A DNA stretch of 64,000 nucleotides from Phenylobacterium sp. (GTDB lineage Bacteria > Pseudomonadota > Alphaproteobacteria > Caulobacterales > Caulobacteraceae). The translations under genes and the position numbers were made by a program. Below, piece by piece: positions 38,992 to 48,929 of this stretch (the first letter of the stretch is position 1; each line of letters begins with the position of its first letter). Below the pieces are notes generated by a model. The model saw only the letters and a list, made by a program, of their open reading frames with translations, searched no databases and was not told where the DNA came from. The stretch is taken from assembly GCF_035539035.1 (NCBI RefSeq), contig NZ_DATLJI010000013.1, forward strand, positions 44,743 through 108,742, in the 5' to 3' direction.

Positions 38992-40296
38992 ATGAGCCCG
39001 GCTGTCGCCGCCGTCGACCAGGCGAGCGTGCTTCGGAAGATCACCTTCCGGCTCCTGCCGTTCATCGGCCTGCTCTACTTCGTGGCCTATCTGGACCGGG
39101 TGAACGTCGGCTACGCGGCGCTCACCATGAACGCCGACATCGGCCTCTCCGCGGCGGCCTATGGCGCGGGCGCGGGCATCTTCTTCATCGGCTACTTCTT
39201 CTTCGAGGTCCCCTCGAACCTGATCATGGAGAAGGTCGGCGCCCGGCGCTGGATCGCCCGGATCATGGTCAGCTGGGGCGTCCTGTCGTCCGGCATGGCC
39301 TTCATCGACGGGCCAATGTCCTTCTATGTCGTCCGTTTCCTGCTGGGCGTGGCCGAGGCCGGTTTCTTCCCCGGAATGATCCTCTATCTCACCTACTGGT
39401 TCCCCTGGGCCGAGCGGGGCCGGATCATCGCGGCCTTCATGCTGGCCATCCCGATCTCCAGCGTGATCGGCGCGCCGATCTCCACGGCCCTGCTGGACGT
39501 CTCGGTGTTCGGCCTCGCCGGCTGGCGGACCATGTTCCTGCTGGAGGGGCTGCCGGCGGTGATCCTGGGCGTGGTGGTGTGGATGTGGCTGACCGACCGC
39601 CCGGCGCTCGCCCACTGGCTGACCGACGCCGAGAAGGCGACCCTGCAGGCGGCGCTGGACCGCGACCACCTGCCGTCCGACGACCATGTGCACGCCCTGA
39701 AGGGGGCGCTGGCGAGCCCCAAGGTCTGGCGCTTCGCCATGGTCTATTTCGGCCTCGTCACCGGCAACTACGGCCTGGGCTTCTGGATGCCGCAGATCGT
39801 CAAGGGCTTCGGCGGGCTGACCAACGCCCAGACCGGCCTGCTCACGGCGGCGCCCTACCTGGTGGCCGCGGTGGCCATGGTGCTCTGGGGGCGCCACGCC
39901 GACCGCACGGGCGAGCGGCTCTGGCACTTTGTCCTGCCCGCCGTCCTGGCCTCGTCCGGCTTCCTGCTCGCCGCCCAGGGCGGCAGCCCGGTGCTGCAGT
40001 TCGCGGGCCTGGCCATGGGCGCGATCGGGGTGAACTGCGCCGCGCCGGCCTTCTGGGCCCTGCCGACCCGGTTCCTGCGGGCGACCGCGGCGGCGGGCGG
40101 CATCGCCCTGATCAATTCGGTCGGCAACCTGGCGGGCTACCTCGGTCCCTCGATCATGGGCTTCCTCAAGGAACGCACCGGCGCCTATGGCGCGGGCCTG
40201 CTGGCCCTGTCGGTCGCCCTGCTGATCGCCGCGGCGCTGGCGCCCGACTGGGGCGCGCGGCGCCGAAGCTTGGCCTTGGACGCCGAGCGGGTGTAA
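38992..40296 (+). CDS. MFS transporter, anion:cation symporter (ACS) family
   Basis: RKITFRLLPFIGLLYFVAYLDRVNVGYAAL...GIFFIGYFFFEVPSNLIMEKVGARRWIARIM is typical of ACS (tartrate/phthalate/hexuronate-type) permeases. Confidence 0.8.
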   Translation: MSPAVAAVDQASVLRKITFRLLPFIGLLYFVAYLDRVNVGYAALTMNADIGLSAAAYGAGAGIFFIGYFFFEVPSNLIMEKVGARRWIARIMVSWGVLSSGMAFIDGPMSFYVVRFLLGVAEAGFFPGMILYLTYWFPWAERGRIIAAFMLAIPISSVIGAPISTALLDVSVFGLAGWRTMFLLEGLPAVILGVVVWMWLTDRPALAHWLTDAEKATLQAALDRDHLPSDDHVHALKGALASPKVWRFAMVYFGLVTGNYGLGFWMPQIVKGFGGLTNAQTGLLTAAPYLVAAVAMVLWGRHADRTGERLWHFVLPAVLASSGFLLAAQGGSPVLQFAGLAMGAIGVNCAAPAFWALPTRFLRATAAAGGIALINSVGNLAGYLGPSIMGFLKERTGAYGAGLLALSVALLIAAALAPDWGARRRSLALDAERV

Positions 40297-40461
40297 GCCT
40301 GGGCCGTCCCATGACGGCCACCCGCCCCCATTCCCATGGCGCTCGCCCGGTGCGGCTCGCAGCGCCCGTTCCGCTCCGCGCACGATGCGCCGGAGGTCCG
40401 CCGCCCGGGGGAGCCTGTGCCTCCTCCGCGGGACGGGCTCCACGTCCGGAGGACCCCACCC

Positions 40462-41217
40462 ATGCCGATCCTCACCGCCGCCTTCGTGGCGGCCATGGCC
40501 TTCGTCACCGCGACGCTCTCCGGCGTCTTCGGCATGGCGGGCGGCCTCCTGCTCATGGGGGCGCTCGCCCTCGTCCTGCCGGTTAGCGCCGCTTTCGTCA
40601 CCCACGGCGTCCTGCAGCTCGTCGCCAACGGCTGGCGCGCCGTCCTCCACCGCCGCCACGTCCGCTGGGACATCGTCGGCTGGTACGCGCTGGCCTCGCT
40701 GATCGCCGGGATCGCCGTCGCCCTGATCGCGCTCGCGCCGTCGAAGCCGCTCCTGTTCCTGCTGCTGGGCCTGATCCCGCTCCTCACCTGGCTGCCGCAG
40801 CGCTGGATCAGCCTCGACGCGGCCCGGCCGACGCAGGCCTTCCTCTCGGGCCTCAGCGTCACCGGGCTGAACCTCTCGGCGGGGGTCGCCGGGCCGCTGC
40901 TCGACATCTTCTTCGTGAGGACCGAGCTCACCCGCCACGCCATCGTCGCCACCAAGGCGGCCACCCAGGTCTTCGCCCACCTGGCCAAGATCGTGGTCTA
41001 TGGCGCGCCGCTCGCGGGCGTCGCGGGCTCGGGCGTGCCGCCGCTCTGGGTGTTCGCCGCAGCGATCCCGCTTTCCATGCTCGGGACGGCGCTCGGCGGC
41101 CGGATCCTCGACCGCATGAGCGACGTGAACTTCAAGCGGTGGACCCGCTGGATCGTCACGGGGATCGGGGGGCTCTACCTCGTCCAGGCGGCGCAGCTCT
41201 TCCTGCGCGGCGGCTGA
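40462..41217 (+). CDS. sulfite exporter TauE/SafE family membrane protein
   Basis: MPILTAAFVAAMAFVTATLSGVFGMAGGLLLMGAL... with repeated halves. The ATG at 40462 follows CCGGAGG. Confidence 0.75.
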   Translation: MPILTAAFVAAMAFVTATLSGVFGMAGGLLLMGALALVLPVSAAFVTHGVLQLVANGWRAVLHRRHVRWDIVGWYALASLIAGIAVALIALAPSKPLLFLLLGLIPLLTWLPQRWISLDAARPTQAFLSGLSVTGLNLSAGVAGPLLDIFFVRTELTRHAIVATKAATQVFAHLAKIVVYGAPLAGVAGSGVPPLWVFAAAIPLSMLGTALGGRILDRMSDVNFKRWTRWIVTGIGGLYLVQAAQLFLRGG

Positions 41218-41221
41218 AGGC

Positions 41222-41254
41222 AAAAAAACACCCGGGACCGTGAGGTCCCGGGTG
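41222..41254 (-). terminator. canonical intrinsic terminator oriented for minus-strand transcription (orphan)
   Basis: Minus strand: CACCCGGGACC-tcac-GGTCCCGGGTG followed by TTTTTTT. On the plus strand the same hairpin has no U-tract. No annotated minus-strand gene ends here. Confidence 0.6.
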
Positions 41255-41356
41255 GGGAAGTCATAGGGAGGAAACGCCCAGGATGGGCGACCCCTCACGT
41301 ATGTGCGCAATCGGGCCGTACAAGGGCGGCGGCCGAAAAATGTTTGAGGTCGGGCG

Positions 41357-41938
41357 ATGAATCTTGAATCGAAGGTGCTGGAAGACCGGTTCGTGCGGCT
41401 GGAGCCCATGGCCGAAACCCACAAGGCGGGTCTGCGGGAGGCCTGCGACTCCGATCCCGACACCTGGAACCGCCTCTATCCGTTCAGCATGGTCGGCGAT
41501 CACTTCGACCCGGCCTGGGACCGGATGTTCGCGGCGCCCGCGCCCGGCTGCCTGAACTTCGCCGTGATGGACGGCGGCGCGTGCCGGGGCATGACCTGCT
41601 ACCTTGGGATCGACCCGGCGAACCGGATCCTGGAGATCGGCGCCACCTACTACCATCCGGCGCTGCGCGGCGGTCCCGTCAACCCGGCGGCCAAACGCCT
41701 GCTGCTCGCCCACGCCTTCGCGTCCGGAGCGCGGCGGGTGCAGTTCAAGGTCGACGCGATCAACGCCCGCTCCCGCGCGGCCGTGCTGAAGCTCGGCGCC
41801 GTGCAGGAGGGAATCCTCCGCCAGGACCGGCTCACCTGGACCGGCCGCATCCGCGACACCGTGATCTTTTCGGTCCTCGACAGCGAGTGGCCGGCCGTCC
41901 GCGCCCGGCTGGACGAGCGGCTCGCCGCCTTCGGCTAG
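41357..41938 (+). CDS. GNAT family N-acetyltransferase (RimJ/RimL-like)
   Basis: Motifs FVRLEPMAETHKAGLREA and RRVQFKVDAINARSRAAVLKLGAVQEGILRQD. Confidence 0.8.
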   Translation: MNLESKVLEDRFVRLEPMAETHKAGLREACDSDPDTWNRLYPFSMVGDHFDPAWDRMFAAPAPGCLNFAVMDGGACRGMTCYLGIDPANRILEIGATYYHPALRGGPVNPAAKRLLLAHAFASGARRVQFKVDAINARSRAAVLKLGAVQEGILRQDRLTWTGRIRDTVIFSVLDSEWPAVRARLDERLAAFG

Positions 41939-42819
41939 GCCGGCGCGAGGCGGCCGATGCGGTGCACGTTCTCCGGCTCGGCGAAGAAAACCTTGTCGGC
42001 GGCGGCGGCGACTTCCTGGGCGGTGTAGGGCCGGCCGGGCTGGAAGCCCTCGGTCTCGACCATCTTGATCTCGCGCACGCCGCGCGCCGAGACGCCGAGG
42101 ATCTTGCCCGAGTGCTCGGCGGCCAGGTCGCTGACCATGTAGAGCACGCCGGGGGCTACGTTCTCCGGCAGGCTGAGCGGATCGGGCGCCTTGCCCTGGC
42201 GGCCGGGCAGGTCGGAGGTCATCCGGGTGTAGGCGCCGGGCGCCAGACCCATGACGCGGATGTTGTACTTGCGGCCCTCGATGCTCATCACCCGGACCAT
42301 GCCGTAGATCCCGGCCTTGGCCGCCCCGTAGTTGGTCTGGCCGAAGTTGCCGTAGAGGCCCGACGTCGACGAGGTCAGCACCATCGACCCGCCGCCGTTC
42401 TCCTTCATCCATTTCCAGACCGGCAGGGCCGTGCAGTAGGTCCCCTTGAGGTGGACCTTGATCACCGCGTCCCAGTCGGCCTCGGAGGTGTTGGCGAAGG
42501 TGCGGTCGCGCAGGATGCCGGCGTTGCAGACCAGGATGTCGGCCCGGCCGAAGCTGTCGAGGGCCGTCGCCAGGATGTTCTCGCCGCCCTGGACGGTCGA
42601 CACGTCGTCGCCGTTGGCAACGGCGCGGCCGCCTTCGGCGGCGATCGCGTCCACCACCTTCTGGGCCGCGGAGCGGTCGGCGCCGGTGCCGTCGCGGGCG
42701 CCGCCCAGGTCGTTGACCACCACGCTCGCGCCCTCGCGGGCGAACAGCTTCGCATAGGCCTCGCCCAGGCCGTTCCCGGCGCCGGTGATGATCGCCACCT
42801 TGCCGTCGAGCAGTCCCAT
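41935..42819 (-). CDS. SDR family oxidoreductase (3-hydroxyacyl-CoA dehydrogenase-like)
   Basis: Motifs GKVAIITGAGNGLGEAYA, NAGILRD and YGAAKAG. Confidence 0.85.
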   Translation of the reverse strand: MGLLDGKVAIITGAGNGLGEAYAKLFAREGASVVVNDLGGARDGTGADRSAAQKVVDAIAAEGGRAVANGDDVSTVQGGENILATALDSFGRADILVCNAGILRDRTFANTSEADWDAVIKVHLKGTYCTALPVWKWMKENGGGSMVLTSSTSGLYGNFGQTNYGAAKAGIYGMVRVMSIEGRKYNIRVMGLAPGAYTRMTSDLPGRQGKAPDPLSLPENVAPGVLYMVSDLAAEHSGKILGVSARGVREIKMVETEGFQPGRPYTAQEVAAAADKVFFAEPENVHRIGRLAPA

Positions 42820-42884
42820 CGCATCCTCCCTTATGTTCTAACTATGAGAGGATCATCCCGCCGGGCGCGGCGGTGTGGCAAGGG

Positions 42885-43328
42885 TCAGGGCGCGACCCGG
42901 ACGTAGCGCCATTCCTGGGCTTGCAGCTTCCCCTCCACCGTCCCCTCCACGCGTGCGCAGAGGTCCACGCCGCAGCGGCGGTAGATCACCCGCTGCGGGA
43001 AGTCGTGGGCGAGGTTCTCGAACACCGCCTCGCCGTCGGGGCCGGGCTTCATCACGAAGGCGGTCGGCGGCTGGTTCCCCACCACGACGGTGAAGGTGGC
43101 GCCGGCCGGCTCGGCGGTGATGCGGGTGAACTCGATGGAGGGCCGGCGGCCCGGCCGGTTGGTCTGGGCGGCGCCCGCCATCGCCCCGTCCCGAGGCGCC
43201 AGCCAGGTCTCGCGGACGACCACGCCGTCCTTCTCCTGCATCCAGGAGCCGGCCATCCAGCCGAGCTTCGCCACGTCGCCCGCGGCGTCGGCCATCAGGA
43301 CTACGGCGGCCAGGCCTGCGAGGATCAT
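42885..43328 (-). CDS. exported lipocalin-like protein (DUF6265-like)
   Basis: MILAGLAAVVLMADAAGDVAKLGWMAGSWMQEKDG...FENLAHDFPQRVIYRR. Start is the ATG at 43328, which overlaps the tadA stop (ATGA). Confidence 0.5.
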   Translation of the reverse strand: MILAGLAAVVLMADAAGDVAKLGWMAGSWMQEKDGVVVRETWLAPRDGAMAGAAQTNRPGRRPSIEFTRITAEPAGATFTVVVGNQPPTAFVMKPGPDGEAVFENLAHDFPQRVIYRRCGVDLCARVEGTVEGKLQAQEWRYVRVAP

Positions 43329-43774
43329 CCGGCGGCTCCCTTCCTTCGGGCGCGGAAGAAGGCCTTCAGCATGGCCGAGCTCTCCTCCGCCAGCACGCCG
43401 GCCTCGACCTTGGGCCGCCAGTGGCAGGTGGGCTGGTCGAAGAAGCGCGGGCCGTGGACGATCGCCCCGCCCTTGGGATCCTCGGCGCCGAACACCAACC
43501 GCCCGATGCGGGCATGGCTGATCGCGCCGGCGCACATGGCGCAGGGCTCCAGGGTGACCACCAGGGTGAGGCCGGTCAGCCGGTAGTTGCCCAGCTTCTG
43601 GGCCGCCCGGCGAAGGGCCACGATCTCGGCGTGGGCGGTGGGGTCGTGGGCGCCGATCGGCTGGTTGGCGCCGGTGGCGACCACCTCGCCGGTCGCCGGA
43701 TCGACCACGACGGCGCCCACCGGCGTCTCGCCGGCGTCGGCTGCCGCTTGCGCGGCTTCGAGCGCGATGCGCAT
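43325..43774 (-). CDS. tadA: tRNA adenosine(34) deaminase
   Basis: Motifs HAEIVALRRA and TLEPCAMCAGAI (CDA zinc motifs), 149 aa. It is the C-terminal part of artefactual track ORF 43325..45799. Confidence 0.9.
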   Translation of the reverse strand: MRIALEAAQAAADAGETPVGAVVVDPATGEVVATGANQPIGAHDPTAHAEIVALRRAAQKLGNYRLTGLTLVVTLEPCAMCAGAISHARIGRLVFGAEDPKGGAIVHGPRFFDQPTCHWRPKVEAGVLAEESSAMLKAFFRARRKGAAG

Positions 43775-43786
43775 TGTCGCGATGTC

Positions 43787-44935
43787 ATGGTCCACGATCC
43801 GCACCGAACCCACGGCAAGCCCGCCGGTCAAGCCCGCACGCCCGGTCCAGGGGCCGGCGGCGAACGCATCGCCAAGGCGCTGGCCCGCGCCGGCGTCGGC
43901 TCGCGCCGCGACGTCGAGCGCCTTATCGCCGCGGGCCGCATCGCGCTGAACGGCCAGGTGCTGACCACCCCGGCCGTGAAGGTGGAGCCGGGCGACATCC
44001 TCACCCTCGACGGGGCGGTGGTGGGCGAGGCCGAGCCCACCCGCCTGTTCCGCTACCACAAGCCGGTGGGCCTGCTCACCAGCCACAAGGACCCTCAGGG
44101 GCGGCCGACGGTGTTCGAGGCGCTGCCGGAGGGCCTGCCGCGGCTGATCTCGGTGGGCCGGCTGGACATCAACTCCGAGGGCCTGCTGCTGCTCACCAAC
44201 GACGGTGAGCTGGCCCGCGCGCTCGAGCTGCCCCAGGCCGGCGTCGTCCGCCGCTACCGCGCCCGGGCGCACGGCCGGATCACCCAGGAGCGGCTCGACA
44301 AGCTGAAGGACGGGATCACCGTCGAGGGCGTCCGCTACGGATCGATCGACGCGAAGCTCGACAAGGCCAAGGAGGGGCCGCAGGGCGCGAACCTGTGGAT
44401 CACCGTGACCCTGTCGGAAGGCAAGAACCGCGAAGTCCGGCGGGTGCTGGAGGCGCTGGGCCTGAAGGTGAACCGGCTGATCCGGCTGGCCTACGGCCCC
44501 TTCGTGCTGGGGACCCTGGCGCTGGGCGAGATCGAGGAGGTCGGCCCGCGGGTGATCCGCGAGCAGCTCGCCGAGCACATCGCGCCCGAGAACATGCCCA
44601 AGGGCGACCGACCGCAGTTCCAGAAGGCCGCCACGCCGACGCCCAGCCGCCGCGGCAAGGCCCCGCCGGAGGGGACGCTGATCGAGCGGGGCCCGCGCCG
44701 CGACGAACCCCGCGCCCGACCCGCCGGGCCGCGCGCCGGCCGCCCGGGCCGGCCGCCGCCGAAGGGGGAGCGTCCCGCCGCCGGCCCTGGCCGTCCCGCA
44801 GCGCCCAAGCGCGCACGCCCGACCGCCGAGGGCGAGGGGGCGAAGAAGAAGGTGTTCAAGGCCGGCTGGGCCAAGCCGAAGCCCAAGGCCTCCCACCCGC
44901 CGAAGAAGCCCGGCGGCCCGAAGCGGCGCGGCTAG
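43787..44935 (+). CDS. rluB: 23S rRNA pseudouridine synthase RluB-type with basic Pro/Lys-rich C-terminal tail
   Basis: S4 domain ERIAKALARAGVGSRRDVERLIAAGRIALNG. Catalytic GRLDINSEGLLLLTNDGELA. The only in-frame start before the S4 domain is the ATG at 43787. Confidence 0.85.
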   Translation: MVHDPHRTHGKPAGQARTPGPGAGGERIAKALARAGVGSRRDVERLIAAGRIALNGQVLTTPAVKVEPGDILTLDGAVVGEAEPTRLFRYHKPVGLLTSHKDPQGRPTVFEALPEGLPRLISVGRLDINSEGLLLLTNDGELARALELPQAGVVRRYRARAHGRITQERLDKLKDGITVEGVRYGSIDAKLDKAKEGPQGANLWITVTLSEGKNREVRRVLEALGLKVNRLIRLAYGPFVLGTLALGEIEEVGPRVIREQLAEHIAPENMPKGDRPQFQKAATPTPSRRGKAPPEGTLIERGPRRDEPRARPAGPRAGRPGRPPPKGERPAAGPGRPAAPKRARPTAEGEGAKKKVFKAGWAKPKPKASHPPKKPGGPKRRG

Positions 44936-44941
44936 GCTCCC

Positions 44942-45523
44942 ATGCGCATCGTTTCCGGAGACTTCCGCGGCAAGACGCTGGTCGCGCCCGCCGGCCAGGC
45001 GACGCGGCCGACGTCCGACCGCGCCCGCCAGGCGATCTTCAACATCCTGGAGCACGCCCCGTGGTCGAAGGGGGTGCGCGACGCGCGCGTCATCGACCTG
45101 TTCGCGGGCTCCGGGGCGCTCGGCTTCGAGGCGCTCTCGCGCGGGGCGGCCTTCTGCCTGTTCGTGGAGACGGACGAGGCGGCGCGCGGCGCGATCCGCG
45201 AGAACGTCGACGCCCTGAGTGGAGCAGGAGGGGGCCTGTTCGGCCGCACGCGGGTGCACCGGCGCGACGCCACCAACCTCGGCCAGCGGCCGGGCGCGGA
45301 CGGACCGGCCTTCGACCTCGCCTTCCTCGACCCGCCCTACGCCAAGGGTCTCGGCGAGGCGGCGCTGGCGAGGCTGGCCGAGGGCGGCTGGCTCGCGCCC
45401 GAGGCCACGGTGGTGTTCGAGCGCGGCGTCGCCGAGCCGGCGTTCAGCGTCCCGGGATTCGAGGCGCTCGACTCCCGCGACTACGGCGCGGCGCGGGTGC
45501 ACTTCCTCCGCTACGCGCCCTGA
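44942..45523 (+). CDS. rsmD: 16S rRNA (guanine966-N2)-methyltransferase
   Basis: Motifs MRIVSGDFRGKTLVAPAGQATRPTSDRARQAIFNIL, DLFAGSGALGFEALSRG and FLDPPY. Confidence 0.9.
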   Translation: MRIVSGDFRGKTLVAPAGQATRPTSDRARQAIFNILEHAPWSKGVRDARVIDLFAGSGALGFEALSRGAAFCLFVETDEAARGAIRENVDALSGAGGGLFGRTRVHRRDATNLGQRPGADGPAFDLAFLDPPYAKGLGEAALARLAEGGWLAPEATVVFERGVAEPAFSVPGFEALDSRDYGAARVHFLRYAP

Positions 45524-45534
45524 TCGCCGAGGCC

Positions 45535-45945
45535 TCAGACGGACGTGATCGTGACGCTCTCCGCCGACCGCTCGCTGGGACCGTGGAACACCGCCTCGAT
45601 GTTGTTGCCGTCCGGGTCGAGGAAGAAGGCGCCGTAGTAACCCGGGTGATAGTCCCGCTCGCCGGGCGCGCCGTTGTCCTTGCCGCCGGCCGCCAGAGCC
45701 GCCTTGTAGGCCGCCTCCACGGTCGCGCGGTCCTTCGCCTGAAAGGCCAGGTGCACGTGGCTCTGGCCGCCGGGATAGGCGTCGACGGCGTCGATCCAAA
45801 GTTCGTCGGCCTGGAAGTGGGTGTCGTCGGCCACGTAGGGAATCCCCAGCACGTCCAGCACCGCCGCGTAGAATCGCGACGCGGCCTCCAGGTCGCGGGT
45901 GCGCAGGTGGATGTGGTCAATCAGCCTTCCGATGTGGACTTGCAT
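45535..45945 (-). CDS. VOC (glyoxalase/bleomycin-resistance/dioxygenase) family protein
   Basis: Motifs IDHIHLRTRDLEAASRFY, HVHLAFQAKD and YYGAFFLDPDGNNIE. Confidence 0.8.
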   Translation of the reverse strand: MQVHIGRLIDHIHLRTRDLEAASRFYAAVLDVLGIPYVADDTHFQADELWIDAVDAYPGGQSHVHLAFQAKDRATVEAAYKAALAAGGKDNGAPGERDYHPGYYGAFFLDPDGNNIEAVFHGPSERSAESVTITSV

Positions 45946-45998
45946 GGCGGCGCTCCGATGGGGGCTGACCCATCAAACGCCAAGCCGCGGCGTCCCGT

Positions 45999-47852
45999 TC
46001 AGCGCCGGCCGAACAGGCGCTCGATGTCGGCCAGCTTCAGCTCAACATAGGTGGGGCGGCCGTGGTTGCACTGGCCGGAGTGGGGCGTGGCCTCCATCTG
46101 GCGCAGAAGGGCGTTCATCTCCGGGGCGGTGAGGCGGCGGCCCGCGCGCACGCTGCCGTGGCAGGCCATGGTCCCGCAGACCTCCTCCAGCCGCTCCTTG
46201 AGCGCCAGCGCCTGGCCGTTCTCGGCGAGGTCGTCGGCGATGTCGCGCACCAGGCCGTGGACATCGGTCTCGCCCAGCAGGGCCGGCGTCTCGCGCACCA
46301 GGACCGCGCCCGGGCCGAACGGCTCGACGACGAGGCCCAAGGCCGCCAGTTCCTCGGCGCGGGCGGTCACCCGCTCGGCCTCGGCCGGGTCGAGTTCCAC
46401 CACCTCGGGCAGCAGCAGCGCCTGGCGGGCGACGCCGCCTTCGGCCATTTCCACCTTCATTCGCTCGTAGACCAGCCGCTCGTGGGCGGCGTGCTGGTCG
46501 ACGATGACCACGCCGTCGCGGGTCTGGGCGACGATGTAGGTCTCGTGCACCTGGGCCCGGGCCGCGCCCAGCGGATAGTCCACCGGGTCGAACACCGGGG
46601 CCGCGGCCGGGGCCTCGGCGAGGCCGGGCGAGGGCTCCCATTGTGCATCCCATTGGGGCTCGGCGCGGGCGGAGATCTCGGAGAGGCCCGGGATCGCCTG
46701 GGCGACGGCGGCGAGCGGGGCGGGCGTCCAGCCGCCCTGCCGCCAGGCCGAGAAGCCGCCGGGCGGCTGCGGCGGGGCCTCCTGCGGGCGAAAGCCGCCG
46801 AGCGCCGCCATGGAGACGGTGGTGGAGGCCCGGTGGCCGGCGGCGGCGAGCGCGTGGCGCAGGCCGCCGACGATCAGGCCGCGCACCAGCCCCGGATCGC
46901 GGAACCGTACCTCGGCCTTGGCCGGGTGGACGTTGACGTCCACGTAGTGCGGGTCGAGCTCGACGTAGAGGGCGGCCAGCGGATGGCGGTCGCGGGCCAG
47001 GAAGTCGGCGTAGGCGGCGCGCAGGGCGCCCTGCAGCAGCCGGTCGCGCACCGGTCGGCCGTTGACGAACAGGTACTGGTGGGCGGCGTTGCCGCGGTTG
47101 TAGGTGGGCAGGCCCGCGAAGCCGGTCAGCCGCACGCCCTCGCGCTCATGGTCGATCCCGAGCGCATTGTCCGAGAAGTCCCGGCCCATGATCGCCGAGA
47201 GGCGCGCCAGGCGTCCGTCGGGCCCCTTGGCCTCCGCGGGCAGCCGCAGCGTGCGGCGGCCGTCCAGGTCTAGGGCGAAGCTCACCGCCTCGTGGGCCAT
47301 GGCCTGGCGCTTCAGCTCCTCGGTGATGGCCAGGGCCTCGGACCGCTCCGACTTCATGAACTTCAGCCGGGCCGGCGTGGCGTAGAACAGGTCGCGCACC
47401 TCCACCCGGGCGCCGTGCGGGCCGGGGAAGGCGGCCGGCGACACCGCGCCCACCGCGCCGCCCTCGACGAAGATGGCGTGCGCGTCGGCCAGGCCCTTCG
47501 CGCGGGAGGTGATCGACAGCCGCGCCACCGAGCCGATCGAGGGCAGGGCCTCGCCGCGGAAGCCCAGGGTCAGGATCTTCAGGAGGTCGTAGTCGCCGTC
47601 CTCGCCCGGCGCGAGCTTGGAGGTGGCGTGCCGCTCCACCGCCAGCGGCAGCTCCTCGGGCGGCAGGCCATTGCCGTCGTCGGCCACCAGGATGCGGGTC
47701 AGCCCGCCGCCGTCGGCCTGCACCTCGATGCGGCTCGAACCGGCGTCCAGGGCGTTTTCCACCAGCTCCTTGACCGCGCTGGCAGGCCGCTCCACCACCT
47801 CGCCGGCGGCGATGCGGTTGATGAGGTCTGGCGGCAGGCGGCGGATCGGCAT
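45999..47852 (-). CDS. mutL: DNA mismatch repair endonuclease MutL
   Basis: [44 protein letters not shown]...CNHGRPTY. Start is the ATG at 47852. Confidence 0.95.
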   Translation of the reverse strand: MPIRRLPPDLINRIAAGEVVERPASAVKELVENALDAGSSRIEVQADGGGLTRILVADDGNGLPPEELPLAVERHATSKLAPGEDGDYDLLKILTLGFRGEALPSIGSVARLSITSRAKGLADAHAIFVEGGAVGAVSPAAFPGPHGARVEVRDLFYATPARLKFMKSERSEALAITEELKRQAMAHEAVSFALDLDGRRTLRLPAEAKGPDGRLARLSAIMGRDFSDNALGIDHEREGVRLTGFAGLPTYNRGNAAHQYLFVNGRPVRDRLLQGALRAAYADFLARDRHPLAALYVELDPHYVDVNVHPAKAEVRFRDPGLVRGLIVGGLRHALAAAGHRASTTVSMAALGGFRPQEAPPQPPGGFSAWRQGGWTPAPLAAVAQAIPGLSEISARAEPQWDAQWEPSPGLAEAPAAAPVFDPVDYPLGAARAQVHETYIVAQTRDGVVIVDQHAAHERLVYERMKVEMAEGGVARQALLLPEVVELDPAEAERVTARAEELAALGLVVEPFGPGAVLVRETPALLGETDVHGLVRDIADDLAENGQALALKERLEEVCGTMACHGSVRAGRRLTAPEMNALLRQMEATPHSGQCNHGRPTYVELKLADIERLFGRR

Positions 47853-47924
47853 GGCAAGGCTTTCGCGGACCTCGCAATATAGGACGATTCCGCCGGGGCT
47901 GGGGCGCGTCGAAGGGAAACACCC

Positions 47925-48929
47925 ATGCGGGCCTTGAAGCTGGCCGTCCTCGCGCTCGCCCTCGCGGCGGGCCCTCTCCAGGCCCAGGCGCCGGCCCCGC
48001 CGGCGGCGATGGTCGATCCTGACGCGGCGCTGGTGGAGGAGCTGGTGGTCACCGGACGGCTGCCGGGTCCGGCCTGGTGGACGGTCTCCGACGCCGACAC
48101 CACGGTCCATGTGCTGGGCGTGCCGAGCCTGGCGCCCAAGCGCATGCAGTGGGACCGGGCGATCTTCGAGAAGCGGCTCTCCGGGGCCAACGCCGTGATC
48201 CTGCCCTTCACCAACATCCGGGCGAAGACCTCGGGCATTCTGGGCGCGGGCTTCAACCTGCTCAGGCTGCGCTCCGGCGGCCCGTTCGAGAACCGGCTGG
48301 ACCCGGCGACCCGGACCCGTTTCGTGGCCGTGCGCAGCCGGCTGGGCCACGACGCGCGCCACTACCCGACCGGCAATGCGCTGGCCGCCGGCGTACAGCT
48401 CGCCGCCGACTACCGGGAGCGGTCGGAGCTGACCACGACCGACCCGGCCAAGCTGGTGGAGCTGCTGGCCCGCCGCGCCGGCGTGCCGGTGGTGGAGAAG
48501 ACCTACGACATCGGGCCGCTATTGGGAGCGATCATCCGCACATCGCCGCAGGCCGGCCGGATCTGCTTCGACGAGGTGCTGGCGCAGGCGGAGGCGGGGC
48601 CGGGGGTCACCCTGGCCGCGGCGCGCGCGTGGGCGGTGGGCGACGTGCCGGGCGCGCTGGAGAACGAACGGACCTACGAGCGCTGCCTGGCGGCGGTGCC
48701 CGGCGGGCGCCAGTTCGACGAGCGGATGAAGGCCGACACCGCCGCGGCCATCGCCTCGGCCCTGAAGACGCCGGGCCACGCGATCGCGCTTGTGCCGCTC
48801 CGTCCGCTGCTCGCCGAGCGCGGCGTGCTGGACCGTTTGCGCGGCCAGGGGCTGAAGGTCACGACGCCGGGCGAGGTGGTGGAGGAGGAGGCGTCCGGAT
48901 CGGCATCGTCAGATGCTGGAGGGGCTTAA
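47925..48929 (+). CDS. TraB/GumN family protein, exported
   Basis: Signal peptide [40 protein letters not shown] resembles the GumN motif (P.LW.v.D.dt.vyLlGt.H). Confidence 0.6.
   Translation: MRALKLAVLALALAAGPLQAQAPAPPAAMVDPDAALVEELVVTGRLPGPAWWTVSDADTTVHVLGVPSLAPKRMQWDRAIFEKRLSGANAVILPFTNIRAKTSGILGAGFNLLRLRSGGPFENRLDPATRTRFVAVRSRLGHDARHYPTGNALAAGVQLAADYRERSELTTTDPAKLVELLARRAGVPVVEKTYDIGPLLGAIIRTSPQAGRICFDEVLAQAEAGPGVTLAAARAWAVGDVPGALENERTYERCLAAVPGGRQFDERMKADTAAAIASALKTPGHAIALVPLRPLLAERGVLDRLRGQGLKVTTPGEVVEEEASGSASSDAGGA

Noticed and set aside
44620-44935. Repetitive Pro/Arg/Lys/Gly-rich stretch, checked as a possible tandem repeat or CRISPR-like array.
   Set aside because: It is the in-frame low-complexity basic C-terminal tail of RluB. 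There is no regular repeat-spacer periodicity.
43775-45799. The N-terminal ~675 aa of track ORF 43325..45799 (minus).
   Set aside because: Only the last 149 codons (tadA) are real. The rest is antisense to rluB, rsmD and the VOC gene, and is joined to tadA only because no stop intervenes.
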